Positions 30,004 to 32,830 of a stretch of DNA of 32,830 bases are shown piece after piece. The DNA comes from a candidate division FCPU426 bacterium (GTDB lineage Bacteria > Oederibacteriota > Muellerivitia > Muellerivitales > Muellerivitaceae), in the NCBI GenBank assembly GCA_963830915.1, contig CAWHOE010000024.1, positions 1 through 32,830 on the forward strand, in the 5' to 3' direction. The notes under the pieces are model-generated. The model did no database searches. It was not told where the DNA came from and saw only the letters and a list, made by a program, of their open reading frames with translations. Numbering within the stretch: the first letter of the stretch is position 1; each line of letters begins with the position of its first letter. Made by a program: the position numbers and the translations under genes.

Positions 30004-31772
30004 CGGACACACCCAGCGGTCCTGGCGAAAAACCCTCCAGCTCTCCTAAAAGAAGTTCCTCTTCCGGCTCCCGCAAGCCTTTCCGACCCTCCGGCGGAAA
30101 ACCTGGTAAACCTTTCGGTGCCAGGCCCTCAGGCGGCAGACCAAGCAAGCCTTTTGGCCCCAGGCCTTCCGGCGGACGACCTTCAGGCTCTCGACCTGGG
30201 AAACCTTTCGGCGCCAGGCCTTCCAGCGACGGACCAAGCAAAACTTATGCCCCCCGGCCTTCCAGTGGTTCTCCCTCAAGTGGGCGGCCTTCTTACAGCC
30301 GGCCTCCCGGCGCTCGTTCCTCTGGACCATCCAGATCCGGTTCATCATCCGGCCGTCATTTCGGCCCCTCTAAAATGCGTTCCGGCCCTCCCGGGTCCAG
30401 GCCGCCCACGCGTTCTGGCCCTCCGACCCGCAGGGAAAACAGCACGGAAGTTTCCCCCTCCCGTCTGGAAGCGGCCAAGGCCCTTTACGCCATCGAGAAA
30501 GGCTCCAAGGTTTCGGATGTCCTGGATACCCAGAAGAACCTCAAGCCGGAAGACATGGCCCTCCTTCGGGAACTGGTCTATGGTTCCACCCGCCAGAAGC
30601 GCTTGTTGGATTATTACCTGGGTACCCTTTGCCAGACCCCCTTTCCCAAACTGCCCGTGGAAGTGAAGATCGCCCTTCGCTTGGGGCTATATCAATTGCT
30701 TTTCCTGGATCGGGTCCCCGCCAGGGCGGCGGTCCATGAGTCGGTGAATCTGGCCAAGACCGGAGGGCAGGAAAATTTGAGCGGTTTCGTGAACGCGGTC
30801 CTGCGCAACGCTGAAACCAACAAAGCCGGGTTCGAGCCCAAGGGCGAAAGCGACATCGATACGCTGGCCTTGAAATATTCCCATCCCACCTGGATCGTGA
30901 AGAAGTGGGTCGAGAAGCTGGACCCGGAAGCCCTGGAAAATGTGCTGAAAGCCAACAATAGCCCCCATCCGGTCTATCTCCACACCAAACCCGGCGAGAG
31001 GGAAAAGGTCATCGAGGACCTGGCCAAACAGAATATCCGGGTGGGGGGAGAACCATGGCCCTTGCAGACCCTTCGGCTTGAAAGCCACGAGGGCGGATTG
31101 TTCTCGGGCGAGAGTTTCCAACAGGGAGATTGGGTGGTCCAGGACTGGGTGCCCCAGGCTATGCTGGAGCTTTTGAACCTGGCTCCCGGCCAAAAGGTCT
31201 GGGATGTTTGCGCCGCCCCAGGCGGCAAGACCGCGGGTCTGGCCTGGAAGGTCGGGGAACAGGGCCAGGTGATGGCCAGCGATGTATCGTCTGAACGACG
31301 CAAGAAACTGGTTGAGAACATGAACCGATTGGGCCTGAAGCAGGCCACGGTATTGGAAGGCACGGTCGAAAAATTGACCCCTGCCCAGAAGTTCGACCTC
31401 ATCTGGGTGGACGCTCCTTGCAGCGGCACGGGGGTCCTTTCCCGCAGGGCGGATCTAAGGTGGAAGCTCATCCCCAAGGAAATACTTTCTCATGCCGAAG
31501 CTCAAAAAAATCTATTGTTCGAAGTCCAGGGTCACCTTTATCCCAAGGGCCTATTGGTCTACAGTACTTGCTCACTCGAGAAAGAAGAGAACGAACAGGT
31601 CATCCAGGCGTTCCTAAAAGCCTATCCCCAGTACCGGGCCAAGCCGATGGTCCTTCCCGAGGGTCTTTCCCAAGTTGTCCCTTGCCCTGAGGGGCTGATC
31701 TTTTGGCCTACAAAGGACCACGACGGCGGGTTCCTTTCCGTCTTGACCGTGGAGACCGACTCCGTTTCTTGA
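30000..31772 (+). CDS. rsmB: 16S rRNA m5C967 methyltransferase RsmB/Sun with long low-complexity N-terminal extension
   Basis: NusB-like domain (LRLGLYQLLFLDRVP, GFVNAVLR), YSHPTW, DVCAAPGGKT, DAPCSGTG, YSTCS and DGGF, in def-fmt-rsmB synteny. Confidence 0.93.
   Translation: MTDTPSGPGEKPSSSPKRSSSSGSRKPFRPSGGKPGKPFGARPSGGRPSKPFGPRPSGGRPSGSRPGKPFGARPSSDGPSKTYAPRPSSGSPSSGRPSYSRPPGARSSGPSRSGSSSGRHFGPSKMRSGPPGSRPPTRSGPPTRRENSTEVSPSRLEAAKALYAIEKGSKVSDVLDTQKNLKPEDMALLRELVYGSTRQKRLLDYYLGTLCQTPFPKLPVEVKIALRLGLYQLLFLDRVPARAAVHESVNLAKTGGQENLSGFVNAVLRNAETNKAGFEPKGESDIDTLALKYSHPTWIVKKWVEKLDPEALENVLKANNSPHPVYLHTKPGEREKVIEDLAKQNIRVGGEPWPLQTLRLESHEGGLFSGESFQQGDWVVQDWVPQAMLELLNLAPGQKVWDVCAAPGGKTAGLAWKVGEQGQVMASDVSSERRKKLVENMNRLGLKQATVLEGTVEKLTPAQKFDLIWVDAPCSGTGVLSRRADLRWKLIPKEILSHAEAQKNLLFEVQGHLYPKGLLVYSTCSLEKEENEQVIQAFLKAYPQYRAKPMVLPEGLSQVVPCPEGLIFWPTKDHDGGFLSVLTVETDSVS
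30075..30270 (+). repeat. Degenerate ~39-bp (13-aa) tandem repeats in the rsmB 5' end
   Basis: RPSGGKPGKPFGA / RPSGGRPSKPFGP / RPSGGRPSGSRPGKPFGA / RPSSDGPSKTYAP / RPSSG. Confidence 0.85.
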
Positions 31773-31870
31773 AGTTGAATGGCTTTAAAAAAACCAATTC
31801 AATACCCGTCTCGACACGAAACATTATTTCAAATCCCAAACACTTCCTGTGTTAGGGAAATAATGCGGTC

Positions 31871-31905
31871 TTGACAAACATGGGCAAGGGTGGTATTAAA
31901 TACCA
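31871..31905 (+). promoter_or_regulatory. Toxin-antitoxin promoter with palindromic operator over the -10
   Basis: TTGACA (31871)-N17-TATTAA (31894) with a TG extension. The perfect palindrome TGGTATT-A-AATACCA spans 31891-31905. Confidence 0.75.
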
Positions 31906-31927
31906 TATCCCATAAACGAGTATATCC

Positions 31928-32320
31928 ATGGAAGAAATACAGGCCGCCGAAGTTCATTACCGACTCATCCGACTCCCCCAATACGAGAAAGACCTTAAAG
32001 GCCTGAAACGTCTGGAACCTCGGCTTCATGAGGAAATACGTGCGAGCCTCAAAAAAGAATTGGAGTCAGGAAAGCTTGATGAGATCAAGGGGACTGGTGG
32101 CTGGGTCAAGGGTAGAGCGGCTTCGCCAACCAGGAATATCGGAAAGAGCGGGGGTTTCAGGTTCCTTTATTACCTTTTTAGGGTTCAATACGATATCTAT
32201 CTTCAATCCGTCTATGACCATCGGGTCAAGAACGACTTATCTTCAGATGAAAAGAAAGCGTTGAAGGCCATGGCGGAGGCCTACAAGAAAGCTTACGAGA
32301 ATAGAGGGAGGACAACATGA
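31928..32320 (+). CDS. RelE/ParE-superfamily toxin, HigB-2-like
   Basis: Motif IKGTGGWVKGR...GKSGGFRFLYY...VYDHRVKNDLSSDEK, upstream of an HTH gene with an ATGA overlap. Confidence 0.85.
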   Translation: MEEIQAAEVHYRLIRLPQYEKDLKGLKRLEPRLHEEIRASLKKELESGKLDEIKGTGGWVKGRAASPTRNIGKSGGFRFLYYLFRVQYDIYLQSVYDHRVKNDLSSDEKKALKAMAEAYKKAYENRGRTT

Positions 32321-32664
32321 AAAGCAAAAAGAAAACAAGCGAACTGGAAGAATTCAAAGCGAGTTTTCATGAGGGTCTGAAATACGCGCGGGGTGAAAAG
32401 GCCAAGGTGAAGGTGGAAAGCCTTCGTGTCCGCTTGACTGGGGCGGATATCAAGGAAGCCCGCCAAATCCTCAAGGTATCCCAACCGCAATTCGCTAATC
32501 TTATGGCGGTCAGCCCCGAAACGGTCAAGAAATGGGAGCAGGGCAAGAACCCGATCCCGGCCGCTGTCGGCTATTGGGCGGAAGGGTTAAAAACCCACCC
32601 AAACACCACCAAGAATCTTTTATATGAAATGGCCGGGAAATATTCAAACGGGCGTTTGCCTTGA
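32317..32664 (+). CDS. Xre/Cro-family HTH antitoxin, HigA-2-like
   Basis: HTH segment DIKEARQILKVSQPQFANLMAVSPETVKKWEQGKNP, with a GGAGG Shine-Dalgarno and toxin-first gene order. Confidence 0.87.
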   Translation: MKSKKKTSELEEFKASFHEGLKYARGEKAKVKVESLRVRLTGADIKEARQILKVSQPQFANLMAVSPETVKKWEQGKNPIPAAVGYWAEGLKTHPNTTKNLLYEMAGKYSNGRLP

Positions 32665-32783
32665 GGTGTTTTTTGTAAAAAGTAGAGTTGAATGGCCGCG
32701 ATGGGGCCCCATCGTGGACAGCGAAAGATTGCCAACGTAGTAAAGGGAATGATCTTTATCTCTTGTGAAGAATGGTATACACG

Positions 32784-32830
32784 ATGAAAACGTTATTTAT
32801 TCTGTGTTTGTGTGTTGTTGGATTTAATGT
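32784..32830 (+). CDS. Possible start of an exported protein running off the window
   Basis: ATG followed by the signal-peptide-like MKTLFILCLCVVGFN, open to the window end. Confidence 0.35.
   Translation, partial: MKTLFILCLCVVGFN

Noticed and set aside
30075..30270. Repeats considered as a CRISPR-like array
   Set aside because: They are in-frame degenerate coding repeats with no unique spacers and no cas genes nearby.
4369..31690. Numerous long antisense or alternate-frame ORFs (e.g. 5271-6374, 8415-9416, 21661-22461, 26684-27625)
   Set aside because: They are shadow ORFs expected opposite GC3-rich genes and carry no recognisable motifs.

Overview
This is a GC-rich bacterial chromosomal window with every real gene on the + strand. 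Bases ~11-2072 are an error-laden reverse-complement mirror of 2077-4173, with the turn at 2073-2076 inside an ABC ATPase gene. That is almost certainly a long-read or amplification fold-back artefact. The rest runs: GldA/F/G-like ABC system + DUF4340 protein; tatC; transaldolase/FSA; DUF2905-spoIID-queA-[YfhO-like membrane protein]-tgt; a PAS histidine kinase and single-domain response regulator behind a consensus sigma-54 promoter; gltBD with an intrinsic terminator in its 5' leader; a coupled cluster of a CBM9 + clan GH-A-like protein with apparently altered catalytic motifs, an Aur1-like PAP2 protein and a possible ribbon-helix-helix orphan; thiS-thiG-thiE; def-fmt-rsmB, where RsmB has a ~150-aa repetitive N-terminal extension; and a HigBA-type toxin-antitoxin pair with a palindromic operator. 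I saw no rRNA, tRNA, CRISPR array or transposase. The best candidates for new biology are the nucleophile-less glycosidase cluster, the sigma-54 promoter and gltB attenuator, the YfhO gene between queA and tgt, and the RsmB extension. All are hypotheses from motif reading only, and the read quality means single-base claims need confirmation.
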